Of a DNA stretch of 64,000 nt, positions 47,491-56,805 are shown in pieces; within the stretch, counting starts at the first letter, position 1; each line of letters starts with the position of its first letter. The position numbers and the translations under genes were made by a program. Below the pieces are notes generated by a model. That model did not search any database and was not told where the DNA came from. It saw only the letters and a program-made list of their open reading frames with translations. The DNA is taken from sequence record MW248466.1; one strand, given 5' to 3'.

Positions 47491-48222
47491 TTATGATTTA
47501 ATTCCATCAGATTCTCTTAATTTATCAATCAATTCTATAAATTCATTATATTTCTTATCTACAATTTTAATGTAATTATATTGAGAATTAGAAGCAACTT
47601 CATCTTTTTTCTTTTCTTTTAATTCATCACGCTTTTGATAGTGATTATTTTTACCTTTAATTTCTATTAATAAATTAAAATCAGGAAGATAAAAATCAGG
47701 CATGTAAAAATGTTTTTTATTAGCAAATGTATAAGGAATAGCTATATTAGAAGGAGATAATACATTATTAGATTTAAAATCCATCTGTTTATCTAAGAAT
47801 TCTAAGAAATCCTTTTCATAAGATCCAACATATTGAGTAGGTAGACCTTTACCGGAACTCCAATGATATTTACCTGAAATTTTTCTATTTTCTAACATTT
47901 TATTTTGCATTTCAGGATCATTTAATAAAGTAGTCTTACCGTATTTTTTATTCATTCTATCTTTAAATTGTTGTCTATATTTATCTTTACATATTTTATC
48001 ATGTACACGTTCGTACTTTTCAGTTTGTTCATTGAATTTAGTAGGTTTACCACATATAATGCACGTACCATGAGTTTTCTTATTTCTGAAATTAAAATAT
48101 ATATTAGCTGCGGATAAATCACCTAATTCTTTTTCATGAAATTTCTCCATATGATTATAAAGACCTTTTTTATCTACATATTTCTTTGTACAGAATGGAC
48201 ATTTATGATATTTTGTAGCCAT
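47491..48222 (-). CDS. C2H2 zinc-finger + PD-(D/E)XK (TnsA/T4 gp4-like) nuclease
   Basis: CPFC...LYNHMEKFH, CIICG, YMPDFYLPDFNLLIEIKG; late promoter at 48263-48274. Confidence 0.65.
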   Translation of the reverse strand: MATKYHKCPFCTKKYVDKKGLYNHMEKFHEKELGDLSAANIYFNFRNKKTHGTCIICGKPTKFNEQTEKYERVHDKICKDKYRQQFKDRMNKKYGKTTLLNDPEMQNKMLENRKISGKYHWSSGKGLPTQYVGSYEKDFLEFLDKQMDFKSNNVLSPSNIAIPYTFANKKHFYMPDFYLPDFNLLIEIKGKNNHYQKRDELKEKKKDEVASNSQYNYIKIVDKKYNEFIELIDKLRESDGIKS

Positions 48223-48401
48223 TATTAATTCTCACCGTTCTTTCATTATCATTATTTAAGTATAAATGCTTGTTTCTATTGTTTTGTTATAAAAAATTAA
48301 GAACGCATTTATTTATAAATATAATATTATATATTACATTAATTGAAAGTTGGTGATAGCTAATCGCTAATAAAAAGAAACATTTTAGAAATGAAATATT
48401 C

Positions 48402-48803
48402 ATGGCTCAAAATATTTATAACCATCAGCATATGTTAGAAGATATGGAAGCTATGGGTCAAACAATTCAGAATTTAATTATAATGAAAAAAGGAACTTAT
48501 CCTAATACTCCAAATTTAGGAGTAGGAATAGAGGATTATTTATTTGAAATACTAGATAACGAAACTATATCTGATATTACTAGTAATATTAATAATCAGA
48601 TAAATCAATATATAGTATCTTCTTCTGTTAATATAGATGTTAAAGTAATACAATTAAAAAATAGTAATGCAAATTTAAATAGTTTAAAAATTGATGTTAC
48701 GCTATCAGATACAATTGATATTTCTAATATACAAAGATTTTCTTATGTATTTGCAGCTAATATGTTAACTAGGAAAATGATAACTAAACTTGTTTTAAGT
48801 TAA
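48402..48803 (+). CDS. baseplate wedge protein (T4 gp25-like)
   Basis: QNLIIMKKGTYPNTPNLGVGIEDYLFE matches the gp25/GPW pattern. Confidence 0.8.
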   Translation: MAQNIYNHQHMLEDMEAMGQTIQNLIIMKKGTYPNTPNLGVGIEDYLFEILDNETISDITSNINNQINQYIVSSSVNIDVKVIQLKNSNANLNSLKIDVTLSDTIDISNIQRFSYVFAANMLTRKMITKLVLS

Positions 48804-48844
48804 GACTTCAAAAATAAAAAAGAAAAGAATGGAGAAATAAATAA

Positions 48845-50350
48845 ATGGTGAAAAAAGCAGATAACAATGAACTTAATGATTTTATGTCTGAAGAAGAATT
48901 AAATGAAGTTAGTCAAGGTTCTTCTAACAATGATGGGAAACAGGAACAAAAACAAAGTAATCAAAAACAACAAAATAATCAAGGTAATAAAAAGAAAAAT
49001 AACAATCGTAGAAGAAACAACAATAATAAACAGAATCAACAGAATAAGAAACAAAATCAAAATAACAAATCAGCAATTCCAACTCAAAGAAATAAAGACA
49101 ATCAAACTATGATGAGTGCTAGTGTTGATAATGATAATCAACAAGAACAAACTAAAACGGATCATATCAATTTAGAAGGTCCTCAACCAGGCGAAGGTTT
49201 TGTTGATTATGAAAACTTAACTTCACATGGATTTGATGAAGGAAAATCAAATGAAGATACTTCTAGTATGACATTATCTGATTTTGAAGAACAACAAGAA
49301 CAAAAAGCTAAAAAAGACTTTGAAAATCAAAAAGCTATTAGTGAAATTGAAAGCATTAGTAGTGATGAAAGAGCTAGTCTATTAAATAATATTAATGTAG
49401 ATTTAGACAATATTGAAATTATTTCTGATATCGATTATGATATTGATAAAGAAAATACTAATTTCGTATTAAATAGTAAAGCAACTCATCAAGTTGTATT
49501 ACCGCAATCAGCTTATATTGCTCATATGGAAAGTTTACGTAACCAAGAGATTTTATCTATTGCTGAATCTATTGATGATGATTACAACGCAATGTTAAAA
49601 CGTTACCAATTATACTTCCATAAAATGAACACGAATTCATTAGGAATTAATAATTTCCAAGATTTCGCTAGATTGACTTCTGTATATGATGTTAGTACTG
49701 TTGAATACGGATTATACAATATTTCATTCCCTGGTGAAACTAAATTTGACATTAGATGTGGTAGCTGTAAAGCTGAATTAAAAGATGTTAAAGTTTCTAA
49801 TGATCAATTAATGTCATTCAAAGATGAAGATGCTTTCGAACATGTTACTAAAAATGTTAAGAATATTACTAGCGTTGATGAAAATAAAGAACACTCATTA
49901 ATCTATACGGAACAACGTATTGCTTTAAAAGATTCTAAAATTATCTTTGAAATTGTAACTCCTACTGTTGAAAAACACTTAAGAGTTTTAGGTAGTATCC
50001 ATACGGACGGTTTAACTGAAGATGAATCAGAAAGATTTAAACAAAATGCTACAGCTTTAATGCATGTTAAAAATGTTTATATCCCTGACTTAAAAACACT
50101 TAAAGAAGGACAAAAACCTAAATTCCGTAAATTAGGTGAAGATAATATGAAAGATAAAATGCAAATTATTGAAAATCTTTCTATTCGTGATGGACATCAA
50201 TTAACTGATGCTATTTATGATCGTGTTAATAAACATGCCATTGAATACGCTATTAAAGGTGCAAGCTGTCCTAATTGTGGAGAAGATTTAGGTAAGATTG
50301 ATATTGATATGAGCGAAATGCTTTTTCGGGAAGCGCTGCATTTGGTTTAG
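48845..50350 (+). CDS. baseplate hub / tail assembly chaperone (T4 gp26-like) with Q/N-rich N-terminus
   Basis: FPGETKFDIRCGSC, CPNCGE and D.SEMLF end; directly after the gp25-like gene. Confidence 0.6.
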   Translation: MVKKADNNELNDFMSEEELNEVSQGSSNNDGKQEQKQSNQKQQNNQGNKKKNNNRRRNNNNKQNQQNKKQNQNNKSAIPTQRNKDNQTMMSASVDNDNQQEQTKTDHINLEGPQPGEGFVDYENLTSHGFDEGKSNEDTSSMTLSDFEEQQEQKAKKDFENQKAISEIESISSDERASLLNNINVDLDNIEIISDIDYDIDKENTNFVLNSKATHQVVLPQSAYIAHMESLRNQEILSIAESIDDDYNAMLKRYQLYFHKMNTNSLGINNFQDFARLTSVYDVSTVEYGLYNISFPGETKFDIRCGSCKAELKDVKVSNDQLMSFKDEDAFEHVTKNVKNITSVDENKEHSLIYTEQRIALKDSKIIFEIVTPTVEKHLRVLGSIHTDGLTEDESERFKQNATALMHVKNVYIPDLKTLKEGQKPKFRKLGEDNMKDKMQIIENLSIRDGHQLTDAIYDRVNKHAIEYAIKGASCPNCGEDLGKIDIDMSEMLFREALHLV

Positions 50351-50613
50351 TAACAACGACTAACTCCAAGCAATATAGAAAAAAGGTCTTTGATGATGCA
50401 GCGTATATAGCATATTTGCTTGATTTATTTGAAGGACGTTTATCTTTTAATGAAATTCTTAATATGGAATTAAATATATTAAATTCTATGGTTAAAGCTA
50501 AAGAAAAAGAAATGAAGAATAAACGTATGCAACAACAAAAATTAGAATCTGCTCAAAAAAGAGATTTTAATAATGGAATGCCTAAAGTAGAACTACCAAG
50601 ACATTTAAATTAA
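50323..50613 (+). CDS. -1 frameshift extension of 48845..50350 (gp51-like domain); predicted fusion 589 aa
   Basis: The -1 frame is open from 50308. Slippery CTT TTT C; no RBS at tracked TTG 50416; stem GCGCTGCAT/ATGCAGCGT 6 nt downstream. Confidence 0.7.
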   Translation, partial: FSGSAAFGLVTTTNSKQYRKKVFDDAAYIAYLLDLFEGRLSFNEILNMELNILNSMVKAKEKEMKNKRMQQQKLESAQKRDFNNGMPKVELPRHLN

Positions 50614-50645
50614 AAAAAAAAGAAATGAAAGGAGCTGACTATTGA

Positions 50646-50939
50646 TTGGTTACTAATACTAAAGATAGTCAGAAAATCCTTCATATTTATGATTCTCTTG
50701 TTGAAGATGATGATAATATTTTATCATCTCTATGTCATTCTAATAAAGGTTTAGTATTTGTAAATCTTTTATATGATGTAGATTATAAAATTAAAGAAGG
50801 ATTTTCTAAAAACTATAATGAATTTGATTACATTATTTTGGAAACAGAAGACAAAGAAAAATTAAAAGAAAAAGTTTCATATATAAAAAATTTAAAATTT
50901 GAAGACAACAAGAATACTATAAGAATTTCAATTGTGTAA
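50646..50939 (+). CDS. hypothetical protein
   Basis: 97 aa, AAGGAG RBS, TTG start. Confidence 0.7.
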   Translation: MVTNTKDSQKILHIYDSLVEDDDNILSSLCHSNKGLVFVNLLYDVDYKIKEGFSKNYNEFDYIILETEDKEKLKEKVSYIKNLKFEDNKNTIRISIV

Positions 50940-50956
50940 AGTGAGGTCTAAAAAGA

Positions 50957-52699
50957 ATGTTAGATAAGAATAAAGAAAAGAAAAAATTAATTTCAAATAT
51001 TGTAGACGAAGATTCATATAAAGATATAGCGGAATTAACTATTGATACTATTTCAAATACGTTAATGAAGTCATTAGGTTATTTTGGTTCTACAACTATT
51101 TTTGATGACGGTATTAGCAGATATGTAACTAAAGACGGTTATAATATCTTAAAAAATATTAGATTTCAAGATACAATCGCTACAGCTATTTTGAATTTCA
51201 TTAAAGAAGTATCGTTATCATTAGTTAAGTCTGTTGGAGATGGATCAACTTCATCAGTAATTAACTCACAAGCTATGTTTAAAGAGATTAACAAAAGATT
51301 AAAAGAAAAAGATGATTTAGGTGGTTATTCTCGTAAAGAAATTTCAGATTCATTAAATAATATGAAAGAATTAATTTCTAAAGAGTTAACTTCAAAATCT
51401 ACTAAAATTGATCAAGATAATTTCCATAAATTAAAAAATATCGCTACAGTATCTAATAATAATGATGAAAAATTAGGAGAAATGGTTTATGAAATTTTCT
51501 CTAAAATTGGTAATAAAGGTTTTATATTCCCTGAAGTTTCTGATAATGAAGAAGACCATTATTCATTAACTAGAGGTATTGAAACACCGCATGCATTATT
51601 AGATAATAAATTAATTAATAATAAAGATGATCATTCAGTTGATTTTAGTAAACCTTATGTAGTTGTTGTTAATGATAAACTAACTGAAGAGGATATTGTA
51701 TGGACATCAAATATTATTTCTAAAGTTAAACCTTTCTCAGGACAAGGATTAATATTCTTTGCTCCAGCTTTTTCTAAAGAATTTAAAGACTACATTAAAA
51801 ATAATTTGCATGCTAATAGAAATAATGGTTCATTACAAGCAGTTGAAACTGACTTTGAATTAGCTATCGGTTCTCATTATCATGATCCAGAAAAATTAGA
51901 AGATTTAGCTATATATACAGGCGGATCTATTATTGATAAAACTATGGAAAAAGAAGATTTCTATAAGCAAGTTGAATCTATTGTAGAACTTCCTGAAAAT
52001 GATCCAGAGTGGTTATTATTTAATGAAAATATGATTGGTAGAGCTGAAAGAATTACTATTGATAATTTTAAAACACAAATTGTTAATGGTTATGGTAATG
52101 GCACTCAAAAACTTAAAGATAGAATTTCAGAAATTAATAATGAGATAACTTATTATACTGACATGAATTCAGATCAAGCTATTACAGCTATTACTGATTT
52201 ACAAAAACGAGCAAATTCTTTAAATAACGCTATTGCTAAATTATACGTTGGTGGTTCTTCTCAAGCAGAAAAAACTTCTAGACTATACTTAGTAGAGGAT
52301 TCAGTACATGCTTCTAAATCTGCTTTAGAACATGGTTATGTATCTGGAGGTAACTTATCAGTAAATAAAGTTATTAAAAATATTAATAGAGAAGTTTTAA
52401 GTGATTTAGATAATCTAACATTAGATTTAATAGATATATCTTCAAGAGAAGTTTACCATAAAGTATTAGAAAACTTTAATAGATTTAGTTCAGGAGAAAT
52501 TGAATCCATTACTCAAACTTGTATCGATAAAGATGCTATATTGAATATTAAAAATAATGAATATGAAGATGATGTTAATACAGATATTATCAACTCAGTA
52601 GAAACAGATATTAAAATATTAGAAACAACTATTAGTATTATAGGATTGATTTCACTAAGTAACCAATTCTTAACTAATTCAGTCATTATCCCACAATAA
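50957..52699 (+). CDS. groEL: GroEL-like phage chaperonin
   Basis: VTKDGYNIL, VGDGSTSS, LYVGGSSQAE, EDSVHASKSALEHGYVSGG. Confidence 0.92.
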   Translation: MLDKNKEKKKLISNIVDEDSYKDIAELTIDTISNTLMKSLGYFGSTTIFDDGISRYVTKDGYNILKNIRFQDTIATAILNFIKEVSLSLVKSVGDGSTSSVINSQAMFKEINKRLKEKDDLGGYSRKEISDSLNNMKELISKELTSKSTKIDQDNFHKLKNIATVSNNNDEKLGEMVYEIFSKIGNKGFIFPEVSDNEEDHYSLTRGIETPHALLDNKLINNKDDHSVDFSKPYVVVVNDKLTEEDIVWTSNIISKVKPFSGQGLIFFAPAFSKEFKDYIKNNLHANRNNGSLQAVETDFELAIGSHYHDPEKLEDLAIYTGGSIIDKTMEKEDFYKQVESIVELPENDPEWLLFNENMIGRAERITIDNFKTQIVNGYGNGTQKLKDRISEINNEITYYTDMNSDQAITAITDLQKRANSLNNAIAKLYVGGSSQAEKTSRLYLVEDSVHASKSALEHGYVSGGNLSVNKVIKNINREVLSDLDNLTLDLIDISSREVYHKVLENFNRFSSGEIESITQTCIDKDAILNIKNNEYEDDVNTDIINSVETDIKILETTISIIGLISLSNQFLTNSVIIPQ

Positions 52700-52708
52700 A
52701 AACTTATT

Positions 52709-52740
52709 GCCGAAACCATTTGAACATTAATGGTTTCGGC
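52709..52740 (+). terminator. intrinsic terminator
   Basis: 12-bp stem GCCGAAACCATT/AATGGTTTCGGC followed by TTATTTTT. Confidence 0.85.
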
Positions 52741-52869
52741 TTATTTTTGTGAATATAATTATCTTAATAATCTTTTTTACAAAATTAGATTTTTATGATT
52801 TTTTATTTGCTTTTTTGCTAATTTTTTGTTATAATTAAAAATATATTAAGTAGGAGGAATTATATAAAA

Positions 52870-53643
52870 TTGACTAATTTTACAGCTTCTCAATTTCTCA
52901 AAAACCCTACAGGAAAAGGTTCAGCTACAGTAGCTAGACGTGATAGAATCATATTAGATATGAGAACTAGATTTTCTTATCTTTATAAAAAGAATAGAAA
53001 GAGTTTTAAATTAAAGATATTCTTGTATCAAGATAAATATTACTTCTATTTCCAAATACCTTCAGAAGACTATTTTAAAGAAAATCTATCTTATGATGTT
53101 ATTATTGAATTTAGACCGCCTAATGAAAGAGCAGCTAAAGCAAAAGATCTTAATAATTACTTAATAAGATTTATTAGTAATTCACCTAACTTTATGTTTA
53201 CATACGGTTATCTATATAATAAAGATGATTTGCTAATAAGTTGGTTAAGTTATAAATTAGGACCTAAAGCTTTAAATCAACCTCCAGAAGTTAGAAACCC
53301 TAGACTTGAATATGGTTTTGAGAAATCAGTTTATTTTGCACTTTTGTATCTAGAGACTAACCCTAAAGCATTAAAAAATCCGCTTCATTTGACACTACCT
53401 AACAGACAAAGAATTAAAAGTTCTTTTAAATCTTCAGAATTAAAATTACGTGAATACAATAAGATTAAACAACAGAAAACTTCTTCTAAGAAAAACTCAT
53501 CCGGTATTAAAAAACAAATAAGTAATCGTGTCGATAAAAGAAATGAAGAAAAGAAAAGAGTAACTAAACCTATTAATAGAAAAGTTAAACCTATAGGTAA
53601 AGTTAAAAAAGTTAAGAAGAATAACTCTATAAAACGAAAATGA
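52870..53643 (+). CDS. hypothetical protein with basic C-terminal tail
   Basis: 257 aa, AGGAGG RBS, K/R-rich tail. Confidence 0.8.
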   Translation: MTNFTASQFLKNPTGKGSATVARRDRIILDMRTRFSYLYKKNRKSFKLKIFLYQDKYYFYFQIPSEDYFKENLSYDVIIEFRPPNERAAKAKDLNNYLIRFISNSPNFMFTYGYLYNKDDLLISWLSYKLGPKALNQPPEVRNPRLEYGFEKSVYFALLYLETNPKALKNPLHLTLPNRQRIKSSFKSSELKLREYNKIKQQKTSSKKNSSGIKKQISNRVDKRNEEKKRVTKPINRKVKPIGKVKKVKKNNSIKRK

Positions 53644-53647
53644 TTTA

Positions 53648-53663
53648 TTAAATATATATTATA
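53648..53663 (+). promoter_or_regulatory. early-type promoter motif
   Basis: TTAAATATATATTATA, followed by the 10-bp hairpin 53667-53691. Confidence 0.65.
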
Positions 53664-53719
53664 TAAATGATAAATAATACTTATTTATCATAATTATTAT
53701 TTAAGGAGAGTGCCTGATA

Positions 53720-55453
53720 TTGGATAAAGTTAAAGAATTAGAGTACAAAGAGGATTTAGATTTGAAAAAGATTGATGAATTAGTTAATAATGACGTAGAA
53801 GTACCCCTATTATCTAGTAATGTCAATAAGCTTAAAAGAGTCTCTGGTAATTTTGATTTGACTAATGAATACATTAATTCTAAAGACCTAGATACACTTG
53901 AAAGAAAAAATAAAAATGGTAAAATTGAATTGGAGTACATACAGAGAACAGATATTCTTCAATTAGTTAAATTTGTTGAAAGTGAAAAGAATGATACTAT
54001 ATTTATAGATTTCAATAAGATATTAGAGACTGATAATCGTGAAGTACCTAAAGATGAAGAATTTGATAATATATTCACTATTCAAATTAAACAGAGATCT
54101 TACAAGAGTATTTTAGATTATATTGTAAATGATATGAACTTTATAGTTAATGAGATTCCTCACATAATGATTAAAGGTGCTACTATATTAAGTAAGATAG
54201 CTAAATTAAGAGAGAATTATAAAGAAGATGATTTCTTCAGAGATATTCAGAATATTATTGAAGATGAAGATTTAAGAAATGTTATTAGAAATATTGTTGA
54301 TAATAATTATACAATTAATTTAGATCAGACTAATGCTGAAGCTATGTTACAAAGTAAAAAAGTTATCAAGAGAGACTTACAAGTAACTGACCAAGTAAAT
54401 AAATCATTCTTATCCACAGCTGTAATGCAAAGATTTATTATTCCATTTATTAGTCAATATTATGTAATTACTAATAAATATCATTGTGAAAATTCAGATG
54501 CAGATAAGGAAAGAACTAAAAATGGTTACTTTAAAGCATTTAATTATTGTATGTGTATTTCTTCATTTGATTATAACGTAAGTAATAATAATAAACTTTA
54601 CAAAATTGTAGAACCTAAAGTAATCAAAACAAAATACAATGATAGAGTTATTTGGAGATTCTTAGATTTACGTTCAATTGATCCTGACACTGTTATTAAT
54701 AAAATAATGGATAAAATCATTAGACAAATTGTATGTAAATTATTAGTAGATACTTCTGCAGTATCTTATTTTACGTCTGTTATTAAATTCTCAATCGATT
54801 ATGAATTCCAGTACAAATATCCAATTAAGTTTAGATCAATACGTTTATCTACAGATGATGACGATGATGAAGATAGTTTCGATAAATTCCAAATGAATAA
54901 CTTCCATAAAGTTAATGAACGTTTAGATTTAGCTAATAAAATCACTATTGATAGATTTATTAATGAACGTTTAGAAGAATTAAATATTGATGATGATTAT
55001 ATTAATTGTTTATATGATAAATTTGATTATATTAATGATTTACAATCTCATTTAATTAAAGTATATTTTGCTGAATACTTTAACGTTAATACAAATGATA
55101 GAAAGAGTATTGTTTCATTACTAGCTATTATGTCTAAAGAACTTATTGAAAATAATATGGAAACTTTAGGAAAAATAGTAGCAAGTAAAGTTGTTTCAGG
55201 CACAAAAGCTAAAAATGTAGGTAAATTATCATTAGACGTAATTGCAGATAAATATTATATTGCTGCTTGGGATAAATATAGATTTATCAATGATATTACT
55301 GAAAAAGATAACTTTATCTTACGTATAGCATTAGTAAATGGATATTCATTTAACTTTACTCCTGAAGATAAAGAAGAAGATGAAGAAGTTATTGCTGATA
55401 TTGATAAGAAATACTTTATCTCTGAAGTATCACAATTTATTTCTCAATACTAA
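53720..55453 (+). CDS. putative nvRNAP promoter-specificity (sigma-like) subunit, AR9 gp226/phiKZ gp68-like
   Basis: All-helical 577 aa with an acidic DDDDDED loop and an early promoter; lies two genes from the chaperonin as recalled for AR9 (inference). Confidence 0.5.
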   Translation: MDKVKELEYKEDLDLKKIDELVNNDVEVPLLSSNVNKLKRVSGNFDLTNEYINSKDLDTLERKNKNGKIELEYIQRTDILQLVKFVESEKNDTIFIDFNKILETDNREVPKDEEFDNIFTIQIKQRSYKSILDYIVNDMNFIVNEIPHIMIKGATILSKIAKLRENYKEDDFFRDIQNIIEDEDLRNVIRNIVDNNYTINLDQTNAEAMLQSKKVIKRDLQVTDQVNKSFLSTAVMQRFIIPFISQYYVITNKYHCENSDADKERTKNGYFKAFNYCMCISSFDYNVSNNNKLYKIVEPKVIKTKYNDRVIWRFLDLRSIDPDTVINKIMDKIIRQIVCKLLVDTSAVSYFTSVIKFSIDYEFQYKYPIKFRSIRLSTDDDDDEDSFDKFQMNNFHKVNERLDLANKITIDRFINERLEELNIDDDYINCLYDKFDYINDLQSHLIKVYFAEYFNVNTNDRKSIVSLLAIMSKELIENNMETLGKIVASKVVSGTKAKNVGKLSLDVIADKYYIAAWDKYRFINDITEKDNFILRIALVNGYSFNFTPEDKEEDEEVIADIDKKYFISEVSQFISQY

Positions 55454-55471
55454 AAAAAAAATATTAAAAAT

Positions 55472-55506
55472 TACCCATACACTCTATATTAATGAGTGTA
55501 TGGGTA
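55472..55506. terminator. bidirectional terminator
   Basis: 13-bp stem TACCCATACACTC/GAGTGTATGGGTA between convergent genes. Confidence 0.8.
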
Positions 55507-55538
55507 TATTATTTTTTTTTTTCGGATCATAGAAAATT

Positions 55539-56699
55539 TTACCTATTTAATTCGCCTTCAAATAAATAATCTATATTAATGTAAGTTCTTTCAAATATTT
55601 CTTCATTAAGTCTTTTAATCTCATTAGGGTCATTGAAATCTATTATTTGAGAAGATAATATATTTTGAATTTTACTTCCATCAATTTCATCAACTATATG
55701 AGGATGATTGAATAGTTTAAACCTCTTAATTAACTCTTCTAATTTTTCTTCTTTTATTTCATTTTCGAATAGTTTTCTTAAAGATGATTCATTATTGTAT
55801 TCTTTTAAAGGAGATAATTTTAAATCAGATATCATTTTATCTAATAATTTTACAGTTGATACTGGACCATAGCTTGGAATTGATTTATATTCTTGATCTT
55901 TATGTTCCATAAATAAGTTATATAAGTCTAATATATTATAATCTATATTAACAAAATCGTTAATATCTTTTTTAGTACTAGAACTAAATAACTCATCTTT
56001 AATATTCTCTTTAGTTATTACTTTACTCTTTTCTGATCCACGTAGTTCTAATAGTAATAATCTATCCTTATATTTTAATAATTGTCTATATATTTTATTA
56101 TTACTAACAATTAATGAATAATCGTTATCATTTTCAATATTAGTTTTAGATAATATATAATAAGGTAATATAGTTGGTTCTATTTTATAAGTATCTATAA
56201 AATATGCGTTAGGTATATATTTAACTATCGTTTTAACTAATTCTAAAGTCGATTTAATAGTTTTATTAGTGTCTCTATAAGTTATATTATCCTTATCCAT
56301 CTTTTTATAATATTCTTTCTTATACTCTTCATCAATATTAGTATGATATATTGATTCTTTATCTGAATAGAATAAGAAGAATCTACTATGCATATTTAAT
56401 CTACTAGCAAAGAAATGACGATAATGACCTATTATATTAACTAATTCAACAACTAAATTTAATCTATCTTTAGTTTTTACATGTGTAAAATTTTCAGCTA
56501 TTTGAGGTGAATATAATTGTTTAATAACTGAATTTAAGTCTACATATATAGTTACATTATCATTTTTAGTATTACTACCAAATCTACCTCCTTCTACATA
56601 AGGTCTAACTAATTCAGTCATTTTATTATAATTCAGTTTTTTAGAGTTTATTATACGCTCTATTATACTAATATCCATACGTATTTCACGTCCTTTCAT
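55539..56699 (-). CDS. 5'-3' exonuclease/flap endonuclease (T4 RNase H-like) fold, degenerate active site
   Basis: IYVDLNS, YKIEP, IVSNNKIYRQL (vs SGDKDL.QL), SIPSYGPVSTVKLL (H3TH-like). Confidence 0.6.
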   Translation of the reverse strand: MKGREIRMDISIIERIINSKKLNYNKMTELVRPYVEGGRFGSNTKNDNVTIYVDLNSVIKQLYSPQIAENFTHVKTKDRLNLVVELVNIIGHYRHFFASRLNMHSRFFLFYSDKESIYHTNIDEEYKKEYYKKMDKDNITYRDTNKTIKSTLELVKTIVKYIPNAYFIDTYKIEPTILPYYILSKTNIENDNDYSLIVSNNKIYRQLLKYKDRLLLLELRGSEKSKVITKENIKDELFSSSTKKDINDFVNIDYNILDLYNLFMEHKDQEYKSIPSYGPVSTVKLLDKMISDLKLSPLKEYNNESSLRKLFENEIKEEKLEELIKRFKLFNHPHIVDEIDGSKIQNILSSQIIDFNDPNEIKRLNEEIFERTYINIDYLFEGELNR

Positions 56700-56805
56700 T
56701 GTTATAATATATAATTATATATTAATTCGTAATTTTATAAAAATTGATACTACCTAGTAACATTCACTTATAATAATATGTATCGGGAAGTCGGTGAATT
56801 AAAAA

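Noticed and set aside
50416-50613. Independent 65-aa gene starting at TTG
   Set aside because: There is no SD, and the frame is open 36 codons further upstream to a slippery site; a frameshift product explains it better.
50646-50939. GroES (97 aa, directly upstream of groEL)
   Set aside because: Only the size matches; the PLxDRV, mobile-loop and GDxV motifs are absent.
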